64,000 bases of DNA. Source: Camelus dromedarius. Taxonomy: Eukaryota. Below the pieces are notes generated by a model, which was given only the letters and a program-made list of their open reading frames with translations, had not been told where the DNA came from and did no database searches. Shown one piece after another: positions 26,210 through 39,435 of this stretch. Position 1 is the first letter of the stretch; the number at the start of each line of letters is the position of its first letter. The translations under genes and the position numbers were made by a program. The stretch covers positions 54,314,001 through 54,378,000 of the forward strand of contig NC_087437.1 in assembly GCF_036321535.1 (NCBI RefSeq), in the 5' to 3' direction.

Positions 26210-27600
26210 TCAAAATTAAAAGTAAGTCACAGATGTATATATAACTTGTGTAACTGACAAAAGATTTATACCCAGAATACAGAGGGTGGGAATCCTACAC
26301 ATCCACAAGAAGAGGAAAAAACAATAGAAGTAATTCGGCAGACTATATGAACATGCCAAGTGCCAAAAAGGAAATGATTCTTAGCATATGGAAAGGTGCT
26401 CAACTTCACTAGTAATCAAAGAAATGCCAGTTTTAAAATGAAGAGTTTCTGTCTCAACAGCCATCAGATTAGCCAAATTTTTTGAAGTCTAACCGTATGA
26501 AGTGTTTATACACTGATATAAAGCAACAACAAAGTACAAACACACTGATGACAGGACTGTAAAGGGATACAAACACTTTGGAGAGAAATTTGGCAATATC
26601 TACTAAATCTGAGACTGTATACATCTTATATCTCAGTAACTCCACTCGAGGTTCACAAATGAGAGATATTCTCGCATATACATACAAAGAGCTTTAAACG
26701 AGGATGTTCACTGCATCATTATTTATAAGAAGGAAAAAAATTAAAAAGTCCATTATTAGGAAATGCTTAATAAATTGTGACACACTTATGAAAAAGGAAT
26801 ATGATGTCAAAGTGAATGAACTATGTACCAGTATCAGCATATTTAAAATAATAATATGAAATGAAAAAAGCAATTTGTAGAAATCAGTATTATATCATTT
26901 ATGGAAGTTCTAGAAACATGAAACAACACTATATTGTCTTGGACACATATTTATGGAGTAAAAGTAACAAACATAGGACAAAGGAATTCCATCTTTGGAT
27001 GGTAGTTATTTGTGGGGGGAAAGGAAAAGGACTGGGCAGAGGTAAGCTAGAAAGACACTCAGTTGTTTGGGGTAATGTTTGTTTCTTTTAAAAGCTGAAG
27101 CAAGTATAAGAAAATGTTAATGTTCTTCAAAGTCAGGGTGGTGGATATATGAACATAAAGGTCAGGAGAGGTTAGGTTTTGCCGCAGTAACAAAAACCCT
27201 CAATCATAGTGGTTTCAAACAAAAAAAGATTTGGTTTTTTGCTCAAATGTGGCGCTCTGCTTACTTCTGTCACTCAAGGACCAAGACTGACAGAGCAGTC
27301 GCCACCCTTTTGCTGGTGGCTGTGCCAAGGAAAAGAAAGAACAATTACATGCTCCAGACTAGAAGTGACATAGTCATCATCTCTCACAACTAATTAGCCA
27401 GAACTAATTGGACGGTCCTCCCTTGCTCAAGGGGGCCAGGAAGTACAATTCCACTACAAACCCAGAAGTGGATAGAATTGGAAATATTTGGCTAATGGCC
27501 AAAAAGTTTACCACAGTGGGTATTTGTTTTAGTCCTTGTCATCCTTTTTATGTGTTTGAGTTACGTTTCATATTTTACAAAATAGGAAAGAAAAAAAAAA
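26210..27600 (+). mobile_element. Old L1ME-type fragment, interrupted near its 3' end by MLT1
   Basis: atatggaaaggtgctcaacttcactagtaatcaaagaaatgc; cactttggagagaaatttggcaatatcta; ggatgttcactgcatcattatttataa. Confidence 0.85.
27158..27515 (-). mobile_element. MLT1 (MaLR) solo LTR, MLT1I/J-like
   Basis: gtcaggagaggttaggttttgccgcagtaacaaa ... agaagtgacatagtca ... caagggggccaggaagtacaat ... taccaca. Confidence 0.75.
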
Positions 27601-27859
27601 AAGCCCTGGTTTGGGAATCAGGAGGCTTGGGCTTCTGTTCGAGGAATGGAAAGTGAAAGAGACAAGGCAGGTGGACAGAGGTAGTAAGAGTGTCAGCTCC
27701 ACAGGTCTGTTCCCAGGCCCGTCACCAGGATTGTCATGCCCACACTGAAACTGCAACTATCGCTTCTTTGTGGAAAGGACTCTGAGCAGATTGACCTTTC
27801 TTGCTGTTGTTTATTTCCATGGAGGCTGAGTTGGCAATAGGAAGCCTGATACAAAGAGA

Positions 27860-28090
27860 GGTGGTGCATGGAGCATGGACTGTAGAGGCCAAAGACTCAA
27901 CCAAGTCCCACATGGACCACTCGCACTTCCTGGGACAGTAGGAAACTTACCATATCTCCCAAGCCTATTTTCCTCATCTGTAAAATGGGCATATCAATAA
28001 CACCTACATCTCTGAATAGTTGTGATAAACAAATGAGGTATGTAAAGTGCTCTGTAACTGCAACGTGCTGCACAGACGTTCACTATTATT
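27860..28090 (+). mobile_element. MIR SINE
   Basis: tttcctcatctgtaaaatgggcatatcaataacacctac ... tatgtaaagtgctctg. Confidence 0.8.
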
Positions 28091-28478
28091 AATGACCTAA
28101 ATTTTGCTGCAAGGGAAGCCTCAGGCCAGATTTACATTTCTGGCCGACAATGACTCATACAACTTCCCTCACCAGAGCCACCTGGTTGACAAAATAGGCC
28201 CAGGCATCATCCTGTGGTCCAACCGCTTGAAAAATCTATTGATTTCCTCTTCTGAAAGTGAGTCTGAGAACCAGGATTAAGCATTATTGCAGATTCCTGA
28301 GGGAGAATGAGGGGGAAGGGTGTGATTCCTAAGAGCCTGGCCTGGAGGGGGAGATGCCCTAAGCCTAGACTGAAGCCTGGGTCCCTGGGTCTCATCAAAT
28401 ATTCAAGCTGGAAGAGGAAGAAGGGAGAGAACAGCTCTTCCCATCCACTCATTTTCCAAAGGAAGACACTGAGGCTGA

Positions 28479-28890
28479 CATTTGCAGCAGCAGGGATGGA
28501 GCTAGAGGTTAATATACTAAGTGAAGTCAGAGAAAGACAAATATCATGTGATATCACTCATACATGAAGTCCCCAAAAAATGCTACTAATGAATTTATTT
28601 ACAAAATAGAAATAGACTCACAGACGTGGAAAACAGACCTATGGATGCTGGGGCTAAATTGCAGGGGAGGGATAAATTAGGAGTCTGAGATTAACAGATA
28701 CACATTACTATAAATAAAATAGATAAACAAGAACCTACTGTATAGCACTGGGAACTGTATTTAATATCTTGTAATAACTTATAATGGAAAAGAATCTAAG
28801 AAAGAATATATATATGTGTATATAACTGAATCATTTTGCTATACACCTGAAACATTGCAAATCTACTATACTTCAATTGAAAAAAAAAAA
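28479..28890 (+). mobile_element. 5'-truncated lineage-specific L1 3' end inserted in a MIR
   Basis: FAAAGMELEVNILSEVR ORF2 remnant; 3'UTR like that at 24460-24790; polyA; duplicated actgaggc at 28468-28475 and 28890-28897. Confidence 0.93.
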
Positions 28891-28941
28891 CTGAGGCCAA
28901 GAGAGACAAAAAGGATGAAACTTTTCAAACAGTAATAGGTG

Positions 28942-29123
28942 GGGGGTAGGCAGGGTATAGCTCAGTGGTAGACAGTGTGCTTAGCATGTACGAGGTCTTG
29001 GCTTCAAACCTCAGTACCTCTATTTTTATATATATATATATATATAAAATATATAATTATAATAATTTGAGAATGCATAAATAAACCTGATTACCTCCCG
29101 CCCCCTAGAAAAAAATTTTTTAA
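28942..29123 (+). mobile_element. tRNA-Ala(AGC)-derived SINE (camelid Vic-1 type)
   Basis: gggtatagctcagtggtagacagtgtgcttagcatgtacgaggtcttggcttcaaacctcagtacctc aligns to tRNA-Ala; A box TAGCTCAGTGG, degenerate B box; AT-rich middle; approximate TSD 28927-28941 / 29124-29138 (12/15). Confidence 0.9.
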
Positions 29124-30619
29124 AACCAGCAATAAGTGATCAAGAGACCAAGCATTCATCTGGGGTCATCTATGAACTTAAAGAGTTTAATCAGGGCAAG
29201 CCCCCGCCAAATACCTGTTTCCTCAGGTGCAAAATGATGGGATTAAACCTGACCCCCATGGTTATCTCTACTGCCTGTTGTTTTAAGAACAGCCAATTTT
29301 ATTGAGTATGAAATGCAGCAGAATCCTCCCTATAAAAAGAGCCTTCTGCCCCAGGTTATTGAGTTCGCAGGTCTGGCTCTCGGGAGCTGTCTTCTCCTCC
29401 CCCCACACAGCCTGAATGCCACCTGTATGCCTCCCGGTCTGTCTGGCCCAAGGGCTGTTTCTGGGTATCTTGTCTACTTTGTCAACCCCTGGAGCCCTAA
29501 CACTCTTGACTCTACACTTACTTAGCAAGTATCCCTACCTGCCAGTGTTTCCCGCTCTGTTGGGGTTGGGGGGACCAGAAAACAGAGAAAACTTCACTGG
29601 GCAGCAAAGAACACAGGACATAACTCCGGGAACATCTCACAAGCACCTGAGTCTGGCCCCAAAGTCGCTCCCAGAGGACACTTTGCACGGCAATATTGCT
29701 GCTGATAACACTTCCCCAGAGATCACAGGAAGCTACACAGCCAGATGCAAGCACACGTCTGACCCGCTGGCTGCAGGTGCATCCTGCTCTGACAGGGGAA
29801 GCAAACTCCACGCGAGGACCTCTCACACCACATTACCTGGGGCCTTGCCCCTGAGGCTGTCCCAGGCCCCTCCCCGGAGAAGCTAAGTCATTCCCCCAGC
29901 AATTCCCAAGAGCAGAGATTCATGTCTCCATCTGCAGTAATAAGAGGTGGCCCTTACCCTGCAAGGCGCTTCACCTACAAGGCACTTCTCAGTCCACAAA
30001 GCATCTTCATACCCACTGACTCATTTGATTTTTATGAAGAACTGAGAGTTAGCCAGGGAAAGGATTATTCCCCCACGTTCTAGAGGAGGAAGTTCATGTG
30101 AAGCACAAAAAAGCTAGAGGACTTAATGTCAGATCTTCTGGCTCTAATCCTTATTCTTCATCCGTAGTACAGTTGAAATATTATCATCACATTATAAAAT
30201 CAAATTAATGACTAAGTCAGAGGACCAGTGTTTACACTGCTTTCAAATACAAAGGCACTCATCAGCTCACTTCTGGTCTTCAACAAACAATTTAGGAGGA
30301 GAAACCATTTCTGAAACCAAAACAGCATTTATATTGTGGTTTGTGTCATTTCTGCTTTCTAGAATCCAGGTCTTTAGCATCTTTCTGCTCTTTGTCCACT
30401 TTTACCCTCTAAGTGGATTTTTATTCTGTGTCAGTACAATTGAGGAAAGAAGGATAGAAAGCAAACGCTCACATGAGAGCTGCTTGCTGTCCCAGTCATG
30501 CATGTGTGTGTCAGCAACCTCAGAATACCTCTGTGAAGAGATGTGTAAGGCTGGTATTGACAGCAACTCAGCAGCTCCTTCCCTACTGTTGAAAATCCTC
30601 AGCGATTCCTCGTAGCTTA

Positions 30620-30764
30620 GAGTGGTTGCCAGACCAGCAGCGTCAGCATCACCTAGGAGTTTATTAAAATGCAGAATTTCAAGCTCTAACCCAGACTTCC
30701 CTCATCAAAATCTGTATTTTAATAAGATCCCCATGGGTCTGCACTTAAAGGTTGAGAAATACTG
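30620..30764. mobile_element. MER5A (hAT-Charlie MITE)
   Basis: agaccagcagcgtcagcatcacctaggagtttattaaaatgcagaattt ... ttttaataagatcccc ... ggttgagaaatactg. Confidence 0.85.
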
Positions 30765-31200
30765 ACATAAAGAATATGACCCAGATTCCTGACACTGATG
30801 GTAAAGTCCTACTCACCCTGGCTGCTTAAAGACAGCACTCACCAATGCCCACATCCTCACACGTCCCCTCTCACCTTTGCTCCTCAGCAATCTCTTCTCC
30901 TGGTTTTTTCCTGAACCAAATCCCTCCTATTCTTTGAAGTCTGGCTCCAAATCCACTTCCTCCAAGAAGCCAAGCCAGATATTCCCACAAGGGAGTGATC
31001 TTTCCTTCCTCTAAATCCTAATGCCACAGGCTTTGTACTTTCTATCTTGGATTATAATTTTTTTGAGCATGATTTATCTCTCTCTCTAAATTTTGAGCTC
31101 TCCAAGGTCACAGTCTAGATCTGATTCATTTTTGTATTTTCCAAAGCCACCCAATACTTGGCATTTTTTTTTACTACAGATTCCTCAATACATTTGTCTT
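30765..31200 (+). mobile_element. L2 3' fragment
   Basis: ccacttcctccaagaagcc; tgagctctccaaggtca; ctcaatacatttgt tail. Confidence 0.65.
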
Positions 31201-32932
31201 TAACGTTTCTGTCTCTAACTGAGGTATCCAGAGAGATTAAGAAATTCAGATTGTTACTCTCATCCTTTTAGACAGCCATGATCACGTATGATGACGATCT
31301 AGACTTGGAAATGCAATCTAAAATGTCCAACATATACGCAGATTCCCCTGCCACTCCATCACCCATACACTTTGTTCATTTCACTAGTACTTCGCTGTTT
31401 GAAAAACAGTTGGCCAAACTTTATTGGGAGCAAAGGGGAAATGACTGCTAGACACATGATGTGGCAATTCCAGACTGATTTAGAATCTTACCAACAAAGA
31501 AGAACTTGATCCTATTGCAAAACGGAACACAGTACCTGGATCCTAATGTCTCTATCAGGACCTGCTTTTGGGACAAGCAAAGTCCCCTGGCCTTTGTTCA
31601 GTCACTTAATGGAGAAGATTCCAAAGACAGAATGCCACTGGTGTTCTTCCAATTATAGAGTCATCTGATTAGAATTACAGTAAATGCATAGCTCAGTTTG
31701 CATTGTCCTGAGATGAACCGCGAACCAAGCCATTCTGGCTGGAGTGTCTGAGGGGACTGAACTCTGAAAGCCCACTGCCTCCTTATATTGGGGCCCTCGA
31801 GCAAGAGCTAACCTGGGGAGAGCACAGACACAAGTTAGGGTACTCCATCTCTGGGGACCCTAGAGCACTGGGGACCAGAGTGAGATATATAATTACATTA
31901 ATGTTTGGAAGAAAAACCCAATAGCACACACTCTGGACATTAAAGCCTTTGGAAAAGGTTTGTCTCTGGGATAATTTTAGAATTAATTATTCCAGTCTAT
32001 TTCCAGCCTGTCAGCACTGAGCCTTAGAGGTGGTCGACAAAGCACAGGTTTTCCCAACCATGGGGTAGGATTTTAGGCCATGGCTAAATGGATAGCTTGC
32101 TCTGTCTGGCTGTGGAAAAACAAGGCAGGAATACTATAGAATCACAATCTCATCCATCCCTTTCCATCTTTTCCTTTTATAGCATGAGATTTGGGAATCA
32201 TTAGGGTGTTGGACCAAACCTGACTGTCGTGTTATTGTTGCTTCTCATTTAACTACCAGACTGTTAAGCATTACTGCCCCAAACCCAGCTAAGGGGTAAG
32301 TACCCACTTTGAAGCCACCAAGTCAAAGTGCTATTGGATGAAACTCTGCTCCACTGGACCATGAAATGGGTTTTCCAAGGGACAGAGAATGACAGACATG
32401 CAAGCTATGGCTAAAATTATCTCCCCAGAGTGGTAATGTTCACAGTGGAGCAAAAAGAAGCAGCACCGTGTGATGGGAACCTGTCCAAGTCCTCGGTAGA
32501 GCTGGGCCAAATCACAACCAGAGGGCTTGCTGGAGATCAGCTCTGGGGTCTCTGTTTCTTCATCGACAAAACTGGATGAATATGCACACGAGGAGAGACA
32601 CAATTACACTACTCTTCCTTTTTTCAAGGTAGCTGTTGAGTTCTAGTGCTGCAACCTGCTAGCTGGGTGACTTTCTAAGCTCTCTTTCTTCATCCAGACC
32701 TCCCGATCTCCCTGGGTTATCACCAGCATCCAAAGAAAATGACATGAGTGGGAGGTTGCCCTGATTCAAGTCAGGAGGACCAAGTCTACTTTCTTATTTT
32801 CTCGAAGTCCTTAATATTGGAGAAATGAGGAATCTTCTCCATAATAACTTTTATTATAGCATTAAGTCATTTGCCACTTTCCTTTCTTCGTCTGCACCAA
32901 CTCTAGGAATCATAGCTGTATCAAAATCAGGG

Positions 32933-33088
32933 GGTAAACAACAAGGCCCTACTGTGTAGCACAGGGCACTATATTCAATGGCTTGTAGTAGCCTGTAATG
33001 AAAAAGAATATATATATGTATAGGTGAATCACTATACTGTACACTAGAAACTAACACAACATTGTAAACTGACTAGACTTCAATTAAG
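32933..33088 (+). mobile_element. Short lineage-specific L1 3' end
   Basis: aacaacaaggccctactgtgtagcacagggcactatattcaat...gacttcaatt; perfect 10-bp TSD aaaatcaggg at 32923-32932 and 33089-33098. Confidence 0.92.
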
Positions 33089-33117
33089 AAAATCAGGGAA
33101 TACACAGGAATCAAACC

Positions 33118-33230
33118 ATATATATACATAGTGTGTGTACATGTACTATATATATAGTGTATGTATATAGATACATACACATATATAATTATATGTATTG
33201 TATATTTATGTATACATACACACATATAAT
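33118..33230. repeat. Degenerate (TA/CA/TG)n low-complexity tract
   Basis: Alternating purine-pyrimidine sequence. Confidence 0.85.
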
Positions 33231-33633
33231 TGTAAGTTTTGTTTTAATTTATCAAATTTAACAAGCAAATTTTAGCTGTTGGGGAATTTCATGCTTGGTT
33301 AGGAGCTGGGAGGAGAGCATTGGACAGTGGGGATGGAGAGGAAGCTTTAATTACTGTTTGGACCAAACCAATCTGCTCATCCTACCCAGCTATGCCTGAT
33401 CATGCCATCCATTATCTTTCGCTTGGCTTACCCTGACTGATCACTGCACTGCCTGTGTTATAAATCAAATTTACTTTGACATCAGGTCAGACTCACTAGG
33501 CTCTCAGTGGAAAACCTTGAAATCATATGGAAGCCGTCCATGCAATGCTGGTACTGAAAGTGTTGTGGAGAAAACTTATTTACAGCTTGGGATTAGGTGA
33601 TAGGACATCAGCAAGCAAGAAAGGGCACCCTTC

Positions 33634-34409
33634 GAACCCTCCTACACTTCTGGTGGGAACGCAGTTTGGTGCAGCCACTGTGGAAAACAGTATGGAGATT
33701 CCTCAAAAGACTAGGAATAGACTTACCATATGACCCAGGAATCCTGCTCCTGGGTATATATCCAGAAGGAACCATACTTCAAAAAGACACCTGCACTCCA
33801 ATGTTTATAGCAGCACTATTTACAATAGCCAAGACATGGAAACAGTCTAAATGTCCATCAACATATGACAGGATAAAGAAGGTGTGGTATATTTATACAA
33901 TGGAATACTATTCAACTATAAAAAATGACAACATAACACCATTTGCAGCAACATGGATGTCCCTGAAGAATGTCATTCTAAGTGAAGTAAGCCAGAAAGA
34001 GAAAGAAAAATACCATATGAGATCGCTCATATGTGGAATCTAAAAAAAAAAAAAAGAAAAAAAAGAAAAAGAACATAAATACAAAACAGAAACAGACTCA
34101 TAGACATAGAATACAAACTTGTGGCTGCCAGAGGGGAGGAGGGTGGGAAGGGACAGACTGGGAGTTCGAAATTTGTAGATACTGACAGGCATAATTAGAA
34201 TAGATAAACAAGATTATACTGTATAGCACAGGGAAATATACAAGATCTTGTGGTATCTCACAGCAAAAAAGAATGTGACAATGAATATATGTATGTTCAT
34301 ATATAATTGAAAAATTGTGCTCTACACTGGAAATTGACACATTATAAACTGACTATAACTCAAAAAAAAAAAAAAAAAGAACAGCACTTTTCATCATGAA
34401 AAAAAAAAA
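33634..34409 (+). mobile_element. 5'-truncated young L1 (ORF2 C-terminus, 3'UTR, double polyA)
   Basis: Open frame [26 protein letters not shown]...YHMRSLICGI* to 34043 is the L1 ORF2p cysteine-rich region; TSD aagaaagggcacccttc 33617-33633 / aagaaagggcgcccctc 34410-34426. Confidence 0.97.
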
Positions 34410-35563
34410 AAGAAAGGGCGCCCCTCCAGACCGCACACAGGCGCAAATGACAATCCAAAACCAGATTCAATACTACCTGGGTTTTTCCTGTGAGGGGTCC
34501 CTAGAAACACAGCATGTCAGAGATCTTGGACCAACCAACTTGTTTTGGAGATGGAGAAATGGGCCTCTGATCTGGGAAGCGACTGTGTCCAAGGTCACAC
34601 AGCCAATCTGTGGCAGAGCTAAGGCTACAGGCTGAAATGCCCCCTGACTTCTGAGGACTGTCCCTGACCTTCCAGCTCTCAGGGATGAGAATTTACTGAG
34701 TAACATGGACACAACTTCTCATCGGTCCATGAATGTTGCCGGGTCTAAGCTAAGGTTCTTAGGTTCTTAGATGCAACTACCTGGAAGACTCTTCCAGGGC
34801 TTCGGCTCACAGAAAGTGGCCATCCGGCGCTGAGGTGAGCTGGAGCCTTCTCCCCGCTCAGACACTAATCCTTGTGTCTGATGTGCTTTGGCTCCAAACT
34901 GAGGCCCCTTTGTAGGCCAGGAAGAAAAAGGGTGCTAGAAATGGAGGGAAATGAAAACATTCTCTTTTCAGGAGCTTCCTAAGAAGCACAGCGAGGTTGT
35001 CAGTGCCTTGCAGCTGTTCAAAACCCACCTCTTTATTTAGAGATAGGTGGATGTGGAAATGAAGACTCACACCTGTCGGCTGGAAGCTGACACCATTAAG
35101 TCTTGGGCTATGCATGCGTGTGTGTGTGCAGATATGTTTAATTCACACTCTGGAGCTCTTTTCTGACTTTTTACATCAACTCCGAATTGTTAATCCTTGA
35201 GTAAACGTCTACAGATAACTAGTAATTTGTCATTGCTTGTTAGTGTTAGTATTCTGTAAAGAACATAGGTGTGTTCTATTACACTCTACGAATGAAGACC
35301 CTGAGACACAGAGGTCCTAGTGTCAGAGCAAAACCCAGGAGGGGAAGTTACTGGAAGATCCAGTGTAGCCACTGTTTTCCCAGGATGAGCACGGGGGCAT
35401 GGCTTCAACAACTGAACTCGGGGATCCCAACAAGGTGCCAACAGCTTCCAGACCATCCCGCATTGTTACTTTGCTAGAATACTTGTTATATCATATCTCC
35501 TCTTTGCTAATGCCATTCTTCTAGGACAATATTCTTTGTCGCCTACCCCCGACTCTACCACCC

Positions 35564-35566
<3 letters not shown>

Positions 35567-35612
<46 letters not shown>
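35567..35612 (+). repeat. (AC)23 microsatellite
   Basis: Directly visible. Confidence 0.99.
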
Positions 35613-35616
<4 letters not shown>

Positions 35617-37439
35617 TCTAATGACTCCTATACAGTTTTTCAGATTTGGCTTAAGTGCTATTCCTTCAAAGAGGCCCTCCTCTACCACCACTGCCAGCCC
35701 CAAAGACATGTCCCACGTTCCATGGGCTCTCACACAGTCTTCCTTTCCTTTTAAGCACTCTCCAAGTTTGCAAACATCCATTGCATTGTGACCATCTGAT
35801 ATGGGTCTCCAACCTCCTTGGTGGCCAGGACTGTCCCTGTTTTTCACTCTCTGTTGTCCCCAAACCCTTAACCCACCACCTGATATCAAGGAAGCAGTAA
35901 AGGGAGTGACTTCGATGAAGAGCAAATGGGTCAGCAGGAGAATTCACAAATACTCAGGCCTTCAGTAATTATCTCATGTTAGTAGGGCTTTAAAACTTGT
36001 CTCAGTGATCCAGCAACTCCCCAACATTGGCCAGTCTGGCTTCTCTCCTTTATCCCTGCTGCTTTCGGGACTTGCTCACTGCAGGGGGCTTGTACTTCCC
36101 CCAGCACTGGCCTCCCTTCCCCACCTTCCTTGTCTATGAAAACCGCAACCTCGATGTCAGTAGAAAACCAAGTCTGAGCAATCTTCCTCGAGCTCTTCAC
36201 AGAGTATGAAGAGCCCCTGCCTCTGCTTTGCGGCTGCATCCTGTGGGCGGTGTTACAGGGTGTGCCTGGACGGAGCCCCCGCATCACCCATCTCCATGCC
36301 CCATGTGGGCTTTGCTCACGGGTGGTGCTCAGACGACACTGAGTGAATGAACCAACGGATTGAGGGTTTCCAACACGACTTGCTGAGCTTCTGAAGAGCG
36401 AGATGCCCCTATTAACCACTCTGGTGCAGTGCTTTGCACATAGTAGGTATTCAACCTTGAGTTGAATGCATGCTATGCTCCCCTAGAGGTGACAGAGCAA
36501 TAGTAGAGAAATGTAGTGGAAATTGTGTGGGCTTCAGCTCTATCTGCTACATGTCCTTGGGAAAATGGCTTAACCTCATGATTCTTGTGTCCCCCATCTG
36601 AGGATAACACTGCTGCCCGAAGGCCACTGTGGTGGGGGATGGGTGTTAGTGCATGTGGCATTGCTTGGCACCCCAGAGGTGCTTTGCCCACATTAGCTCC
36701 TTTTTCTCCTTTCCCTTCCGGGAGTCACGGAGACTCTCCAGCCTTACTTCTCCCTTGGCCTCCTGCAAAGCAAACAGTGGTAAACAGATTGGAACCCGGA
36801 GCCTGAGACCCACTCCCTTGTTCCAATCTGGCCAGCAGATGGCAATACCTATGCCCGGTGGCTCCTGCCCAAACCCTTTCTGTCCTGATGGAGGGGAAGG
36901 TGACAGGAATAGGCTCAAAGGATGACTCAGCTCCAGTGACTAAGGTGAGGAGGTGGTTGGTGGGCAGGACCCGGGGGCTGGAGAGGAAGTGAGTAAATAC
37001 CACAGCTAATGGAGGGTGGCTCCAAGATAAAGTGATTTGGCCCTGCTGAGTTCCTGGCTCTGACATGGTGCCAACGGCAGGGGCCGGGGTGCTCTCCCAT
37101 GACCCCTGTCACCTCACTTCATGGCGAACTCCCTGCCAGCCCAGAGGAGCCTTCCATAACAGGTGCTGGGTGTCCTTCTGCCCTCTGGAGGCTTTCAGCC
37201 CAAGGACTGAGATACATTTCAGTACCACTTTTGATGAACTCGTTTTTAAAATGTGTCCCATATCACCAAACTCAGCATGCATGGGTTCTAATCCTGGTCG
37301 CCGCTTGATTTCCAAACTTAGCCTCTCTCCCGGGCTCCAGACTGTCTTCTCCACCCACACCACCACTTTGGTATACCCAAACGTTGTACATGCAACAAGT
37401 TTAAAACTGAACACGTAATACCCTCCCCACCCACCTCCC

Positions 37440-38270
37440 TCAGTTTGCTCCCGGTTGGGAGCATCTACCCAATCACCTACCCCAGAGGCCTCCTGGGCTC
37501 TCCTCACCCATACCCCCCATCACTCCACCTTCCACGTCGATTCCAGTTCCTGAATTTCTCACTCCATTTCCTCCTCTTCTTCCCCACTGCAGCTCTGGCT
37601 GGGCCTTTGTCTTCACTTACTGTGACTTTCTGGCATCTTCAAACTGGTCTCCCTGCCTCCTTTCTCGGTCCAGTTCAGTCTTTTCCAGACAGTCCATAGA
37701 ACAGTCCTTAGAATGTTCAAACCTCATTTCTAAGCTTGTTGTCACTCTGCTTAGCATCCTCCAGTGCTTTCCCAGTTCCTACAAGAAACAGTCCAGACTT
37801 CTTAGTCTGACATACAAAGCCCTTCATGTTCCTGGATCCGCCCACTTTCTGCTTTTGCTGGCTGACCCCCACCCCACAAACTCCTAAGCAAGAGACACCC
37901 CCTCGATGGAAGCCAGTCCTCAGAGTCCTGGTATCACACTACACTCTTCCCACCTCTGGGTCTTTGAACATGTTGTTCTTTCTCTCATGTAAGCATTTCT
38001 CTACCTTTGGCAAAATTGTTGATCTTTCTAGATTCAGCTCAAATCTCATCTCTGCTGTGTGGCCCTTTCAGATGCCCATAAATGCACTGCTAGCTGCTTC
38101 TCTCTGAGCTCTCTCAAAACACGATCACTCTCACTAAGCACCTGTTGGCATCGTGACTTCCTGTTAGTACATATCTCTCTCCATCAGACCGGGAGATCCT
38201 TGGAGGCCTTCCACAGAATACTTACTTAACAAAGGTTTTTTTTTTTTTTTGAATAAATGAACTATTAAAG
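37440..38270 (+). mobile_element. L2 LINE fragment
   Basis: aactggtctccctgcctcc; gtccagacttcttagtctgacatacaaagcccttcatg; ttgaataaatgaa tail. Confidence 0.75.
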
Positions 38271-39399
38271 ACAGGCATGAAGTAATAAATAAAGTCACTT
38301 TTGTCCCCTGATCCTCAGTGTTTCCATCCATAAAATAGGCATCTGATCCAGGCACCTAACAAGTCTATCAGCTCAGATTTTATACTGCATCATCCTCCAA
38401 ATACGCAGCTCACACTCTTGGCCCACTGCTTAGGAGGCGATATTACTGAGTTATTTTTCCCAAGGAAGGAGTGGGACTGTGGGTCCACCCACACTGCAAA
38501 GTGGCAGGTCTCAGAAGCTCCGACTGAAGTCACAGAACTGCTCAAAGCCAGTGTTCTACATAGGGCCCCAGAAACCCAGGACCCACACCACCCCAGGCCG
38601 GGACTCTGGCCCTGTCCCCAGCAAGTCATGGGTTTCGTCTACCCACGTGGGTGCCTGTCTGTGGGCACTCACTCAGGCACTGTCACAGTCCTCAGGCAGA
38701 CACAGAGGGTGACACATCTGTACAAAGGAAGCCACCCCCACAGTCTCACCTCCCCCAGGTCATATCTCCCTGATCCCCGCACCTCCCAGCACCGCCCCGA
38801 CACTCATACACCCAGAGCTTGTTGGGTTGTCTGTCTGAAAATTTGGAGCTCTCCCCATTGGACCTCAGTCTCTTTCAGCAGATAACACAAGTGCACCCAT
38901 CTTCTGAGGGCTCTCCTCCTCAGCAGGTCACCCCCTTAGCCGCTGCCCCTCACTAAAAGCTTCTGCCAGCCTGCTGGCATAAGCTGCTGTGAGTTCACCT
39001 CACAGCTTGCTCTGGGAAAAGTACTTGATTTCCCTAAGCCTCAGTTTTCTCATCTGTAAAATGGCACCAGTGGCCCTGCTTACCTTCCTTACTTAGGTAT
39101 CACCAAGATGCACCGAGCTCACTCATGTGAACGTGTCTTGTAAACACAGCACAAAGCAAACAGGCAGGATTCACAGGGGTAATAATATTAGTAGACACTA
39201 GGGTCTGTCTCTAACAAAAAGCACCTTCTCAAATAGAAAGGAATAATTCAAATCCAAATGTTTATTGAGTACATATTACATGCTGGACACAGTACAAGAG
39301 ATTGTTGTCAATCTTAATTGTAACTCTTCCACAGCTGAATTCAATAGTGCTGTAGCTTAATAATTATATGTCTGAAGTCCAAATTTTCATGTTTCAAGG

Positions 39400-39400
<1 letters not shown>

Positions 39401-39435
<35 letters not shown>

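Noticed and set aside
28950..29021. Functional tRNA-Ala gene
   Set aside because: Stem and B-box substitutions, a SINE body and TSDs show it is a SINE head
33597..34043. 148-aa ORF as a host gene
   Set aside because: L1 ORF2 remnant without promoter, endonuclease or RT domains
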